From an uncultured delta proteobacterium (GTDB lineage: Bacteria > Desulfobacterota > Desulfomonilia > UBA1062), in contig CAWCTR010000021.1 in the NCBI GenBank assembly GCA_963798485.1, forward strand, positions 207,096-271,095: a DNA stretch of 64,000 nucleotides, in the 5' to 3' direction. Every line of letters starts with the position of its first letter. Positions within the stretch are counted from its first letter, which is position 1. Shown piece after piece: positions 38,266-49,017 of this stretch. Under the pieces are notes generated by a model that saw nothing but the letters and a program-made list of their open reading frames with translations, did not search any database and had not been told where the DNA came from. The translations under genes were made by a program, and so were the position numbers.

Positions 38266-39630
38266 ATGACCGGGATGCGTACTTTATTTTCGATCATTCT
38301 CCTTATTCTCATTTCTTCCCAGGTTCTTATGGCCCAAGCGCATGCTGCAGAAAATCAATATCAGCAAAAGCCGGTGCTTGGAATAGTCACGGGAAAGTCC
38401 GCCGGTCAGAACACCCCATCGCAAGACCTCCTTGCCTCAGGAAAAATTACAAGCAACAAGATCGACCTGGTAACTAAAAAGTTTGCCGACGTTCTGGGAG
38501 ACTGGGTGGCGGACAAGATCTATCTCGACATCACATGGCTCAAAATCATTTACTGCCTGATGCTGCTTTTGGGAGTTCTCATCCTTGAGCGCATCATAAA
38601 GTATATCCTTAACAAGCAGATCTACAGAAAATTCGCTGCGCGCATGCGTATGCAAACGCTTGCATCGTTGATCGATGCCCAGCGCGGTCCTCTTTCCTTG
38701 TTCATCCTGTCGTACGGGGCCCTATGGTCTTTCTCCCCCATCCTAGTGCAATTCAAGTCTGTCAAGGACTTGCAGTTTATTCCTATTGTTGCAGGAAAGG
38801 CCGCTGATATCGCCTGCTATTTTGCCATCCTGTGGTATCTCTACCGCCTGGCATTCTTTTTTGAGAATTACCTCAAAGACAAGGCTGATAAATCCGAGAA
38901 AGGCCTCGGCGATATGCTGCTGCCGTTCCTCGGTAAGACTCTACGTATCCTGATCATCTTTATCGGATTTGCCGTCATACTCCATCGACTCACAGGCATG
39001 AACTTCGGTCCCATGATCGCATCATTGGGTATCGGCGGAGCAGCCATTGCCTTTGCAGCCAAAGAGTCTATAGGCAATTTCCTGGGCTCGCTCACCATCA
39101 TCTTCGACAAGCCATTTACCGTAGGAGACCGGATCGTTCTCGACAACTACGATGGGGTGGTGGAACAGTTAGGGTTCAGGAGCACGCGGATCAGGACAAC
39201 CGAAGGCAGCCTCGTGAGCATCCCCAATGAAAAGATCATCACCAGCGCCCTGGAGAATATTGGACAGAAACCACATATCCGCTGGCTCGACAACTTCACC
39301 CTTGCTGCTGATACACCACCTGCCAAGGTGGAGCAGGCCGTTAGCATCATCAAGAACATCCTGGAAAAACATGAAGGCATGAACCCTGACTTTCCACCGC
39401 GGGTTTACTTCAACGGCTTCAACGGCACAGGCCTTAACATCCAGGTGCAGGCGTGGTACCACCCTGCCACCGAAAACTGGCAATACATGGATTGGCTCCA
39501 GCTGACCTGCTTCAAAATCCTGAACGCCTTTAAGTCTGAGGGCATTGAATTCGCATCTACATCTCAGAAGGTCTATCTCTCAGGGGACAAGAAGAGGGAG
39601 ATAGGACTTAAAGAGAACAGTGATCAGTGA
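38266..39630 (+). CDS. MscS-family mechanosensitive channel
   Basis: LGIGGAAIAFAAK, KPFTVGD, GFRSTRIRT, IPN. Confidence 0.9.
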   Translation: MTGMRTLFSIILLILISSQVLMAQAHAAENQYQQKPVLGIVTGKSAGQNTPSQDLLASGKITSNKIDLVTKKFADVLGDWVADKIYLDITWLKIIYCLMLLLGVLILERIIKYILNKQIYRKFAARMRMQTLASLIDAQRGPLSLFILSYGALWSFSPILVQFKSVKDLQFIPIVAGKAADIACYFAILWYLYRLAFFFENYLKDKADKSEKGLGDMLLPFLGKTLRILIIFIGFAVILHRLTGMNFGPMIASLGIGGAAIAFAAKESIGNFLGSLTIIFDKPFTVGDRIVLDNYDGVVEQLGFRSTRIRTTEGSLVSIPNEKIITSALENIGQKPHIRWLDNFTLAADTPPAKVEQAVSIIKNILEKHEGMNPDFPPRVYFNGFNGTGLNIQVQAWYHPATENWQYMDWLQLTCFKILNAFKSEGIEFASTSQKVYLSGDKKREIGLKENSDQ

Positions 39631-39658
39631 TCATAGCAGCATTCAACTTTTTCGCTGA

Positions 39659-40366
39659 TCACTGGTTGTTCAGATTTCCCAACCAGCCCAGAGTCTTCCC
39701 GAGGATTCTTGCGTAGACCTGTTCTTCGGTCACACCGGAATTGACAGGCATCTTGAAGGAATGTTCCGCCCCTTCGATGACCTCTAACGTCCAGGGGGCC
39801 TTTATCCGGCTGAGCACATCCTGAAGAATGCTAATATCGCAGAATGGATCGTGGCTCCCTTCAAAGAAGAGCAAGGGGACATCGATCTTATGGAGATGGG
39901 CATCACGCAGGATATCCTTCTTGCCTGGCGGGTGGAGGGGATATCCCATCAGAATCAATCCGCAGGCATTCAGGAGCCCTGTTGCTACCGCCTGACTGGC
40001 GATCCTTCCGCCAAGGGATTTGCCCGCCACTACCACCCGTTCGGGTTGATAGACCGGATGATTCTTGAAATATTGATATACGCTCAACCAGGTGGTCACA
40101 AGTACATCATCGCTGTCAGGGTTCCTCCTGCCCTTGTCCCGGTAGGGGAAGTTGAACCTCACACATAAATATCCGGCCTGTTCCAGGACATTGGCCATAT
40201 GGGTGAGCAGCGGATTGAACATATCATTGCCGGCGCCATGGGCAAGGATCACCGCAGGTTTTTTCGATGCATCGTAGTTCTGGGGGAAAGATACTAAGGT
40301 AGATATCTTTCCACCATATTCAGCGGGTACAAACACATATTCATCAGCAGCCACAATCACCTCCAA
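39659..40366 (-). CDS. Alpha/beta hydrolase
   Basis: AHGAG, RFNFPY, GKSLGG, YPLHPPG, EGAEHSF. Confidence 0.85.
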   Translation of the reverse strand: MEVIVAADEYVFVPAEYGGKISTLVSFPQNYDASKKPAVILAHGAGNDMFNPLLTHMANVLEQAGYLCVRFNFPYRDKGRRNPDSDDVLVTTWLSVYQYFKNHPVYQPERVVVAGKSLGGRIASQAVATGLLNACGLILMGYPLHPPGKKDILRDAHLHKIDVPLLFFEGSHDPFCDISILQDVLSRIKAPWTLEVIEGAEHSFKMPVNSGVTEEQVYARILGKTLGWLGNLNNQ

Positions 40367-40481
40367 TTCACTACAGATATACTATACGTCTTCATAAATG
40401 CCTCTGTGACTCAGCACTTAAGGATGTAATATCCTTATCAACCATATAATGATGCCCGATGTCAAAACCCAGATGACATTC

Positions 40482-41309
40482 TTATATAAGGCAATGGATA
40501 TTCACCATATAAGTAAACATGTGGTGGGGATTCGTAATGGCAAGACCAGCCCAGTTCAGCCCCAAGGCAACCTCTCTTCCGCAGAAGACTTGAAAGGATG
40601 TGCAATCCTCTCTCACGCCCGGGGTAAGCGAGAACCCGGCTTTAAGAACCGAGCTCGCCAATATGGTATTATATGATACCTTCTTCCATGCAGGTATCTC
40701 TAAATCGTGCAATGAATGATCATCTGTTGTCAGCCGATCGAAAGTACTCCCGTCCACCTCATTGAGCATGAGCAGCCTGCCCTGCCCCATTATGGATCTG
40801 CCGTCGATCTTCACAATGAACCCTTTAGGGGTTGCTTCATAAACTATACGGCATTGTCCCCTAGCAGGCCCCGGCTCCATGGAACTTCGAATACCAAGGC
40901 ATGACATGACAATCGTGCGCAGCTTCAGCAATGGATGTTGGATGACAGGCCCTCTCATAAACCCTTCAACAAGTTTTTCGACAAGGCAGCTGAACCATGC
41001 CGGCATCTTTCTGCCTGCAATGTGCCATACAAGGACCCGGTCCATCTTAAATACCTTTTCCATGGCGGTCTCACTGATTACCTTGGCTGAAGATAGCGTG
41101 GGGAAGATTGTCTGGTGAGCGGTTTTCCACACAGGCAGGCCGATGCCTGACGACTCGCCGGCACATAGTCTCCCCTTGCAGCACAGAAAAAGGCCTTTTG
41201 CCATATCCGTCGTCTTGCCGCAGTGCACGGATACATCATGGATCAGTGAAATATCATCCGAGAGTTTAAGCTCGATTCTGTCTTCCTTATTCACGGGTTC
41301 AATAGGCAT
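40482..41309 (-). CDS. Hypothetical protein coupled to the B12 radical SAM gene
   Basis: ATG at 41309 overlaps the upstream stop; long open frame; no motif recognised. Confidence 0.6.
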   Translation of the reverse strand: MPIEPVNKEDRIELKLSDDISLIHDVSVHCGKTTDMAKGLFLCCKGRLCAGESSGIGLPVWKTAHQTIFPTLSSAKVISETAMEKVFKMDRVLVWHIAGRKMPAWFSCLVEKLVEGFMRGPVIQHPLLKLRTIVMSCLGIRSSMEPGPARGQCRIVYEATPKGFIVKIDGRSIMGQGRLLMLNEVDGSTFDRLTTDDHSLHDLEIPAWKKVSYNTILASSVLKAGFSLTPGVREDCTSFQVFCGREVALGLNWAGLAITNPHHMFTYMVNIHCLI

Positions 41310-42621
41310 TCGATCTCTTTTGAAGAGCAAATTGCATATAGGTCTCTTCAATGCGTTTATTGAGATATGCCTCATCGAATTCAGACTGGTAGATCATACG
41401 GTTCTCATTCTCATAACTCCAGTCTTCATTGTCCTTAATACCGCATACCTTTTCGAAGAGTTTTGTGCCCGGAAGGGGAAAGGGGATTGTAAAAGAGATC
41501 TCGTTCAGGGGGAGCTTTAAAGCCCAGGCAAAGGTAGTCTCGATAGTTTCATACGTCTCCCCGGGATAGCCCACCATGAAGAAGCCTGCCGTCTCAATGC
41601 CGCACCGGGTAAAGAGATCGAGCATCTTTTCCGCCGCCTCGACGGTGCTGTGTTTGTTCATAAGTATGAGAACTTCATCGCTTCCTGATTCCAACCCGAA
41701 GAAGACCTTCGAACACCCTGATCGTTGCATGAGTTTCACATCTTCAAGGGGGATCGGCTCTGTACGTGACAGGCAGGTCCATTTCATCCGGAGATCATCC
41801 CGGATCATTCTCTCACAGAAGGCCCTTACATGATTGAGGTCTAAGGTGAAGCAATCATCGGCTATCCAGAGACCCTCGTATCCGAATGATTTGATATCAT
41901 GGATCTCTTCAATAATATTGTCTATGCCCCGTCTTCGAAAATTGTGGCCGAAAATGGGTTTTGCGCAGAAATCACAATTATAAGGGCAGCCATAGGTGGT
42001 CATGATGCCGGCATAGGTAATACCCTCTTTCTCCAGCCAGAACTTCTGGTAGCTATCATGGTCAAAATCAGTCCTGTCAGGTATGGGCAATTGATTTATA
42101 AGCGCTTTATCAGTCGCTTTCGCAGGGGTTTTGATAACCTTGTTGGTTTGCATGTCACGCATAGAGATGCCCGGATAACGCTCATGATGTGAAAGCACGT
42201 CAGAAATGCCTCCGGCGTCCAGGAAATCCTTGCAGAATAGCGGGAAGGAGAGAATGGACTCACCCCTGAAGATGAGGTTGAAATCCCGGCTGAACTGCTC
42301 CGGTCGAAGGGTCGGCATGGGACCACCGCAAACAAGGAGGGTTTCAGGGCTGATCGCTCGTATCTTTCTTGCCAGATCGAGTGCGTTACCGATCATAGTA
42401 AGCATGACATAGATACCTACTACCCTGGGCTTAATCTCAGAGATTTCCATAAGGGCTTCATCCGGATTCCTGAAGGTGAGATCAATAATCGTGGTGTTCA
42501 TGCCTTGCTGCCGTAACAAAGCACTCAGCTGTGCGATGCCCAATGGGTGAAACAGCATGGAATTGCGTGCATGTTTATATATATACGGATAGATCAGGAC
42601 AATATCAGACATATTTTTCAT
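41299..42621 (-). CDS. Cobalamin-binding radical SAM protein (class B methyltransferase-like)
   Basis: HPLGIAQL, GGPMPT, GCPYNCDFC, GLESG, FMVGYPGE. Confidence 0.88.
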   Translation of the reverse strand: MKNMSDIVLIYPYIYKHARNSMLFHPLGIAQLSALLRQQGMNTTIIDLTFRNPDEALMEISEIKPRVVGIYVMLTMIGNALDLARKIRAISPETLLVCGGPMPTLRPEQFSRDFNLIFRGESILSFPLFCKDFLDAGGISDVLSHHERYPGISMRDMQTNKVIKTPAKATDKALINQLPIPDRTDFDHDSYQKFWLEKEGITYAGIMTTYGCPYNCDFCAKPIFGHNFRRRGIDNIIEEIHDIKSFGYEGLWIADDCFTLDLNHVRAFCERMIRDDLRMKWTCLSRTEPIPLEDVKLMQRSGCSKVFFGLESGSDEVLILMNKHSTVEAAEKMLDLFTRCGIETAGFFMVGYPGETYETIETTFAWALKLPLNEISFTIPFPLPGTKLFEKVCGIKDNEDWSYENENRMIYQSEFDEAYLNKRIEETYMQFALQKRSNAY

Positions 42622-42767
42622 CCTTCATTATACATATCATTAGAATGGTTCTGAGCCTATAAGAACCTGAATGGATGTCGATAATTCAGTTTTTTATCTT
42701 TTATTTGACGCAACACCAGAAATAATTTATTTATACTGTATCAGTTCATTTGGTATAAGGTTATGCT

Positions 42768-43337
42768 ATGAAAGTATGCAATGAAGTCATCAGAGAGAGA
42801 ATCATTCAAACTACCTGCGATTTATTGAGAAAAACAGGTCTTAAGGGGTGGAACATGGACCTTCTCGCCCATGAGACCGGCCTTGCCAAAAATACCCTCT
42901 ACAAGATCATCGGCTCGAAAGAGCAGTTGTTGGAGCAGGTCGTCATCTCAAAGATGACCCAGGACCTTGAGCACATAGATCTGATCATGCAAGAAGAGAA
43001 AGACTACATGACGGCAGTAAACAAAATGATAGAGAAATTTGTCGATCTTACAAAAAATAATAATTTTATTTCAAAAATCTATTTCGAGTATCCCTCCATG
43101 GAGATGAAGATCAAGGGAACGCGGAGGGAAATTTCTGCATCCATTTTCCGTTTTATCAGAAACGGTATGGACATGGGGCTGGTAAGGGATGATATGGCCC
43201 CGGAATTCATATTTGATCTCATCGAAGGCACAGCCATGCATTATTTCCGCATAGGTCTTACAGGATCTGAATTCGAAAAGGCCTTTCAGTGCGCCATGGA
43301 CTGCCTGGTGAACGGCTTGAAAAAGAGAGAACAATAG
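42768..43337 (+). CDS. TetR/AcrR-family regulator
   Basis: N-terminal HTH GLKGWNMDLLAHETGLAKNTLYK..SKEQL. Confidence 0.85.
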   Translation: MKVCNEVIRERIIQTTCDLLRKTGLKGWNMDLLAHETGLAKNTLYKIIGSKEQLLEQVVISKMTQDLEHIDLIMQEEKDYMTAVNKMIEKFVDLTKNNNFISKIYFEYPSMEMKIKGTRREISASIFRFIRNGMDMGLVRDDMAPEFIFDLIEGTAMHYFRIGLTGSEFEKAFQCAMDCLVNGLKKREQ

Positions 43338-43416
43338 CGCCTTGATTGATGTTTGCTTCGGCATGAACATGCTTCATGAAGGATTATGAAAAAGGCTTTT
43401 TTACAAAAGGGGGCGT

Positions 43417-44388
43417 ATGGCCGGCAAGGGGAAGGTTTTCAAAAAAGTCATAGCAATAGGGGCTGTTGTTATTCTTGTGGGGGTTCTGGGCTTCACCTTC
43501 TTTTTTAACAAGGATAAAAATTCAATACCGCAAGGTTTTGTGAAGGGTAACGGCCGTCTTGAAGCCACTGAAGTAGATATTGCCACAAAATTATCAGGCC
43601 GATTGGCAGAGGTCCTTGTGAAAGAGGGCGATTTTGTAGACAAAGACCAGGTCTTAGCCAAGATGGACACGACAACACTTCAGGCTCAGATCAGACAGGC
43701 AGAGGCAGAGGTGAGCCGGATGAAGCAGGCACGTCTGACAGCGCTTTCCAAGGTAGAGGGGATCCGTCTCAGGTGTATCCTTGCAGGAAAAGAGCTTGAA
43801 CGTTCAAAAAATCTCTTTGCACAGGGCATTGTAACCCAACAGCAATATGATCGTGACCTGACAACCAAGCAGGCCCTGGAGGCTGATTATTCAGCAATAA
43901 AATCTTCCGTATCAGAGGCTGATGCTGCTATTGAAGCAGCCATTGCCCAGGCAGAGAGACTAAAGGCGGAGTTCAATGACTGCATACTGAAGAGCCCCAT
44001 CAAGGGACCGGTCCTCTCCCGCCTTGCGGAACCGGGCGAGGTCCTGCCGAATGGCGGAAAGGTGCTGACCATCGTTGACCCTACCGATGTTTATATGAAT
44101 GTCTACCTGTCTGAACGAGTCGCCGGAGAGATACCCATGGGCGGTGAGGCGAAGGTAGTTCTCGATGCCATTCCTGATAAATCGTTTCTTTCAAAGGTAG
44201 CCTATGTCTCTCCAAAGGCGCAATTCACCCCCAAAGAGGTGGAGGCTGCGGAGGAACGTCAGAAGCTCGTTTTCCGCGTGACAATCAGTTTACAGGAATA
44301 TAATGATCCCCGGTTGAAGCCGGGCATGCCCGGTGTTGCATATATACGTTTGAATCCGTCCGCGAAATGGCCGGAACTCTTTAAGTGA
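43417..44388 (+). CDS. HlyD-family membrane fusion protein (YhiI-like)
   Basis: GNGRLEATEVDIATK, AQFTPKEVE, GMPG. Confidence 0.88.
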   Translation: MAGKGKVFKKVIAIGAVVILVGVLGFTFFFNKDKNSIPQGFVKGNGRLEATEVDIATKLSGRLAEVLVKEGDFVDKDQVLAKMDTTTLQAQIRQAEAEVSRMKQARLTALSKVEGIRLRCILAGKELERSKNLFAQGIVTQQQYDRDLTTKQALEADYSAIKSSVSEADAAIEAAIAQAERLKAEFNDCILKSPIKGPVLSRLAEPGEVLPNGGKVLTIVDPTDVYMNVYLSERVAGEIPMGGEAKVVLDAIPDKSFLSKVAYVSPKAQFTPKEVEAAEERQKLVFRVTISLQEYNDPRLKPGMPGVAYIRLNPSAKWPELFK

Positions 44389-47138
44389 ATGCCTGCATGA
44401 ACGGCCATGTTACCATCGCACATATTGAAGGGGTGAAGCATCGCTACGGCAAAAAGCTCGCCCTTGATTCAATCGATCTCGATATCCCTGCCGGTTGCCA
44501 GGTGGGCTTCATCGGCCCGGATGGGGTGGGGAAATCAACCCTGCTCGGCCTCATAGCAGGCCAGAAAAAGATACAGACGGGCGCGGTCCATGTCCTGAAC
44601 GGAGATATGCGATCGGGTATCCACCGCCATGATGTCTGTTCCGAAATAGCCTACATCCCGCAAGGCCTTGGCCAGAACCTCTATGCAACCCTTTCGGTAT
44701 ATGAGAATGTGGATTTTTTCGGAAGCCTCTTCGGGTTCACACGCGCGGAGAGAAAGGAGCGCATTGAGCGGCTGCTTACCGCCACCAACCTTGCACCCTT
44801 TGCCAATAGGCCTGCAGGTCAGCTTTCAGGAGGCATGAAACAAAAACTGGGGCTATGCTGCGCCCTGATCCACAACCCTGATGTGCTCATCATGGACGAG
44901 CCCACTACAGGCGTCGACCCCCTGTCCCGGCGCCAGTTCTGGGAACTCGTCAAGGATATGAGCAGACACCATGCGGGTATGAGCATCCTCATCGCAACGG
45001 CATATATGGAGGAGGCAGAGCACCTCGACTGGCTGGTTATGATGGAGGGCGGCCGGGTCCTTGCCTCAGGTACGCCCGAAGAGCTTAAGAAGAGGACCGG
45101 GAAATCGACCATAGAGGATGCATACATCGCCATGCTGCCTGAGGAGATGCGCTACGGGCACCATAGCTTCACGACCCCTGCCAGGATAATCTCGGATGAC
45201 GGCTCGGCAATCGAGGCCAACCACCTCACCAAACGTTTTGGCGACTTCACCGCAGTGGAAGATGTCTCATTCACCATACCCAAGGGAGAGATCTTCGGTT
45301 TTGTCGGATCGAACGGCTGTGGTAAGACCACGACCATGAAGATGCTCACCGGGCTCCTTCATCCGACTCATGGAGAAGCCTATATCTTCGGCAGCTCCGT
45401 AGAAACCGGGAGCATCGAACTCAAGAAGCGCATCGGATACATGTCGCAGTCTTTCTCGCTTTATGGAGAGCTGACTGTGCGGCAGAACCTGGATATGCAT
45501 GCCCACCTCTTTGACCTGCCGCCTGCCGGTGTCCCCGCCAGAGTAAGAGAAATGGCCGATCAGTTCGGACTGAACGATGTCATGGATGATCAGACCGAAC
45601 GGCTGCCGCTGGGCATACGCCAGCGCCTCTCTCTGGCAGTGGCCGCTATCCATGAACCCGAGATACTTATCCTTGACGAGCCGACATCAGGTGTTGATCC
45701 GGTAGCCAGGGACCACTTCTGGGAACTCCTCATAAAACTCTCCAGGGAACGTGGCGTGACGATCTTTGTGACTACCCACTATATGAATGAGGCCTACCGA
45801 TGTGACAGGGTCGCACTCATGAGCATGGGACGGGTCCTTGCCTGCGAATCACCCAATGAGCTTGTCCGCATGCGCGGCTGTTCAAGCCTCGAAGAGGCCT
45901 TCATAGCTTACATGAAGGATGATATCGCCAGAAACACCACCATCGAAGAGGATGATGAAACACAGAGCATGCCTTTCATGCTCGCCCCTGAACGTGTCCG
46001 CACGCACGGCCGCCTCTTCGATATCCAACGGCTGGCCGCCTTGGCCCGGAGGGAAACCATCGAACTGTTCCGCGACCCTGTCAGGCTCATAACCTCATTC
46101 ATTGTCTCTCCATTCCTCCTCATCGTTTTCGGCTTCGGCATATCGACCGATATCGAAAATATCAAATTCAGTAGGCTGGACTATGATCAGAAACTGTGGA
46201 GCCGTGACTATCTGGAGTATTTCTCCGGTTCCCGGTACTTCAGTGAACAACCACCTATACATTCTCCCTCCGAGATCGAAAAGGGGTTTCAGAACGATGA
46301 CTTCAAGATGGTCGTGGAGATCCCGCCGGGGTTCGAAAAAGACATTAAGAGGGGCAAGAGTCCTTCCGTAGCGCTCTGGATAGACGGCACCATGCCTTTC
46401 AGGGCTGAGACTACCAAGAACTATGCAGAGGCCGTGCATTTATCTTATCTCATAGACCTTGCCGCTTTATCCCCTGTAACGGTTGGGAATTCATCCGCCA
46501 ATGTCCAGCCCCGGTACTGGTACAATCCCTTGGTTAGGAGCCGCTTTGCTATCGTCCCCGGGCTTCTTGCCGTTGTGTTGATGCTTGTTCCTGCAATGCT
46601 CACGGCCATCGGCGTAGTGAGAGAAAAGGAACTGGGTTCCATTTCAAACTTCTATTCAAGCCCCATGACCAGGCTTGAATTTCTCTGGGGCAAGCAGATC
46701 CCTTATGTTGTGATTACTGCCATAACCTTTGTGATACTTATTGGTGTGATCAGGTTCGTGTTCGATATCCCCTTTAAGGGCAGTCCTTCGGCCCTGGTTA
46801 CAGGGGCGATGCTCTATATCATGACGAGCACCGGCATAGGCCTCTTAATCTCCACCTTTACCCGGACCCAGATCGCCTCGCTCGTGGCCGCTTTTGTCAT
46901 TACCCTGGTGCCTTCTTTCGATTTCTCAGGCCTTACCACCCCGGCCTCAACCCTTATCGGTGGGGCAAAGTTCATGTCATGGATCTTCCCTGCCCGTTAT
47001 TTCCTGAACATCAGTGTCGGCACCTTCACCAAGGGTATCGGTTTTCCGGAGCTTGTGTGGAACTTTGTCTTCCTGGTCATTATCTATACGACCATACAGA
47101 CTATGACGGTCTTCTTACTGAAAAAACAGGATAACTAG
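44385..47138 (+). CDS. rbbA: RbbA-like protein: two ABC ATPase domains fused to a permease
   Basis: GPDGVGKS and GSNGCGKT Walker A motifs, then a permease with VVREKELG. Confidence 0.88.
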   Translation: MNACMNGHVTIAHIEGVKHRYGKKLALDSIDLDIPAGCQVGFIGPDGVGKSTLLGLIAGQKKIQTGAVHVLNGDMRSGIHRHDVCSEIAYIPQGLGQNLYATLSVYENVDFFGSLFGFTRAERKERIERLLTATNLAPFANRPAGQLSGGMKQKLGLCCALIHNPDVLIMDEPTTGVDPLSRRQFWELVKDMSRHHAGMSILIATAYMEEAEHLDWLVMMEGGRVLASGTPEELKKRTGKSTIEDAYIAMLPEEMRYGHHSFTTPARIISDDGSAIEANHLTKRFGDFTAVEDVSFTIPKGEIFGFVGSNGCGKTTTMKMLTGLLHPTHGEAYIFGSSVETGSIELKKRIGYMSQSFSLYGELTVRQNLDMHAHLFDLPPAGVPARVREMADQFGLNDVMDDQTERLPLGIRQRLSLAVAAIHEPEILILDEPTSGVDPVARDHFWELLIKLSRERGVTIFVTTHYMNEAYRCDRVALMSMGRVLACESPNELVRMRGCSSLEEAFIAYMKDDIARNTTIEEDDETQSMPFMLAPERVRTHGRLFDIQRLAALARRETIELFRDPVRLITSFIVSPFLLIVFGFGISTDIENIKFSRLDYDQKLWSRDYLEYFSGSRYFSEQPPIHSPSEIEKGFQNDDFKMVVEIPPGFEKDIKRGKSPSVALWIDGTMPFRAETTKNYAEAVHLSYLIDLAALSPVTVGNSSANVQPRYWYNPLVRSRFAIVPGLLAVVLMLVPAMLTAIGVVREKELGSISNFYSSPMTRLEFLWGKQIPYVVITAITFVILIGVIRFVFDIPFKGSPSALVTGAMLYIMTSTGIGLLISTFTRTQIASLVAAFVITLVPSFDFSGLTTPASTLIGGAKFMSWIFPARYFLNISVGTFTKGIGFPELVWNFVFLVIIYTTIQTMTVFLLKKQDN

Positions 47139-47139
47139 T

Positions 47140-48258
47140 ATGATCAGAAAACTCTGGCACATCTATCGGCTGGGTTTGAAGGAACTCATCAGTTTCCGTT
47201 ATGACTATGTCCTGGTTGTCCTGGTCATCTATTCCTTCACCGTCATGGTCATTGTCCCGTCGAGGGGTACCGGGCTGCAGGTGCGCAACTCATCTGTCGC
47301 CTATGTCGACGAAGATCAGTCACGCCTTTCCGCCCGGATTATCGATGCTATTCAGCCGCCCTATTTCCAAAAACCCCAGGCGATCACATTTGATAAGATC
47401 AACCAAGTCCTGGACAGGGCGGAGTATATCTTTGTCATTCATATCCCAACGGGTTTTCAGAAGGACATCCTGTCGGGTAAAAAATCCGAGGTCGGAATAG
47501 ATGTCGATGCCACGGCCATCGGCCATGCCAAACTTGGTGCTTCCTACCTGAGCAGGATTATCAATGACGAGATAAGCACCTATCTCCTCGGTTCCCGGAA
47601 GCCCCCCGCCTACCCCATTCAGGTGACAACCCGCGTGCTTTATAACCAGAACCGCGAAAGCTCCTGGTTCATGAGTGTTGTGTTCCTTACGCACATGATC
47701 ACGCTGCTCTCCATCATCCTGCCTGCCGCAGCCCTCATCAAGGAAAAGGAGCGCGGGACGGTGGAGCACCTGCTCGTCATGCCGCTCGTCCCCTTGGAGA
47801 TCACCATAGCCAAGGTCTGGGCGAACAGTTTTATCGTGGTGGTCGGGGCGATGTTTTCACTCTTCTTTTCCATTAAATGGGTCGTCGGCGCCCCTATCCA
47901 CGGTTCGACTCCGCTTTTCTTTCTGGGGACTATTGTCTTTCTCTACGCGACAACCGAACTGGGTGTCTTCCTAGCCACTATTGCCAAGAATCAGCCCCAG
48001 GCAGGTCTTCTGAGCATGCCCATTATCGTGCCCATCTCCATGCTGAGCGGCGGGACAACCCCGCTGGAGTCCATGCCCAGGTTCCTTCAGATCATCATGC
48101 AATTCGCCCCGACCACGCACTATATGGAATTTTGCTCCCGCGTGCTGTTCAGGGATGCCGGAATCGGTGTGGTCTGGCCGCAGCTGGCTGCCATGGCCGC
48201 CATCGGGACTGTCCTGTTCATCGGCGCCATGATGCGCTTCCGCGCCACATTCAGGTAA
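47140..48258 (+). CDS. ABC-2 permease (YhhJ-like)
   Basis: LGLKEL, KEKERGTVEHLLVMP, LSGGTTPLESMP. Confidence 0.88.
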   Translation: MIRKLWHIYRLGLKELISFRYDYVLVVLVIYSFTVMVIVPSRGTGLQVRNSSVAYVDEDQSRLSARIIDAIQPPYFQKPQAITFDKINQVLDRAEYIFVIHIPTGFQKDILSGKKSEVGIDVDATAIGHAKLGASYLSRIINDEISTYLLGSRKPPAYPIQVTTRVLYNQNRESSWFMSVVFLTHMITLLSIILPAAALIKEKERGTVEHLLVMPLVPLEITIAKVWANSFIVVVGAMFSLFFSIKWVVGAPIHGSTPLFFLGTIVFLYATTELGVFLATIAKNQPQAGLLSMPIIVPISMLSGGTTPLESMPRFLQIIMQFAPTTHYMEFCSRVLFRDAGIGVVWPQLAAMAAIGTVLFIGAMMRFRATFR

Positions 48259-48273
48259 GGACAAGTTGTAGTT

Positions 48274-48321
48274 GTAGGTTGGGTTGAGTTGTAGGTTGGG
48301 TTGAGCCTGCGAAACCCAACA
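48274..48321 (+). repeat. REP elements (one partial and one full copy of GTAGGTTGGGTTGAG-CCTG-CGAAACCCAAC)
   Basis: GTAG-initiated palindromes at 48274 and 48291, next to the RAYT stop. Confidence 0.85.
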
Positions 48322-48325
48322 CTTC

Positions 48326-48862
48326 TTATTCCATCCCGATATCGCCTTCGAATCGAATCTCACAACCTGAGCCCCAATCAGGTTTGTACAAGCCTCTTTG
48401 AACAAACCGATGAAAGCTTGAATAAGGCCAATTATAAGGGATACTAACCAGGCCATGTTTTACAGGGTTGTAATGGATATATTCAACATGGCGAATAAAA
48501 TCATCACGGATTGAATGCTCCCAGAACCGACGCTGCCAAAGGGTTTGTTCATTCTTTAATGAGCGAGAACTGACTGAATGCTGTTTTGTTGGAGAATCCA
48601 TAGAGCGGGTGAAGTATGATTTTAACAGTCTCCAACGGTTGGAATAATCACAATCACCTTCCGGTAAGGTCCATATACAATGTATGTGATCAGGAAGGAC
48701 TACCGCTGCTTCGATTTCAAATGGATGGCCTTCCTTGACCTTCATGAAAGCCTTCCGCAGTTTGTCAACAACCTCCCCGGATGCAAGTACCTTCTGTCGG
48801 TTGAAGGTCACAACAGTGAAAAAGAATGTACCACCTCTAATCCGGCTCCTCCGATAGTACAT
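48326..48862 (-). mobile_element. REP-associated tyrosine transposase (RAYT/TnpA-REP)
   Basis: YRRSRIRGGTFFFTV, VVLPDHIHCIW (HUH), WQRRFWEH, YIHYNPVKHG, WPYSS; true start at 48862. Confidence 0.92.
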
Positions 48863-48884
48863 AAAGCTGATTATCCTTTTGGAT

Positions 48885-48978
48885 TGTTGGGTTTCGCTCT
48901 GCTCAACCCAACCTACTCTTAAATACCCTCGACTTGATAAATATTTTGTAGGTTGGGTTGAGCCTGCGAAACCCAACA
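48885..48978. repeat. Pair of oppositely oriented REP elements upstream of RAYT
   Basis: Copies at 48885-48916 (minus) and 48948-48978 (plus). Confidence 0.85.
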
Positions 48979-49017
48979 AGATATTATTTTAATAAAAGGC
49001 AAAGGTCTCGGCTATAT

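Noticed and set aside
48274-48978. CRISPR array
   Set aside because: The repeats are palindromic, in both orientations, irregularly spaced and flank a RAYT; no cas genes are present.
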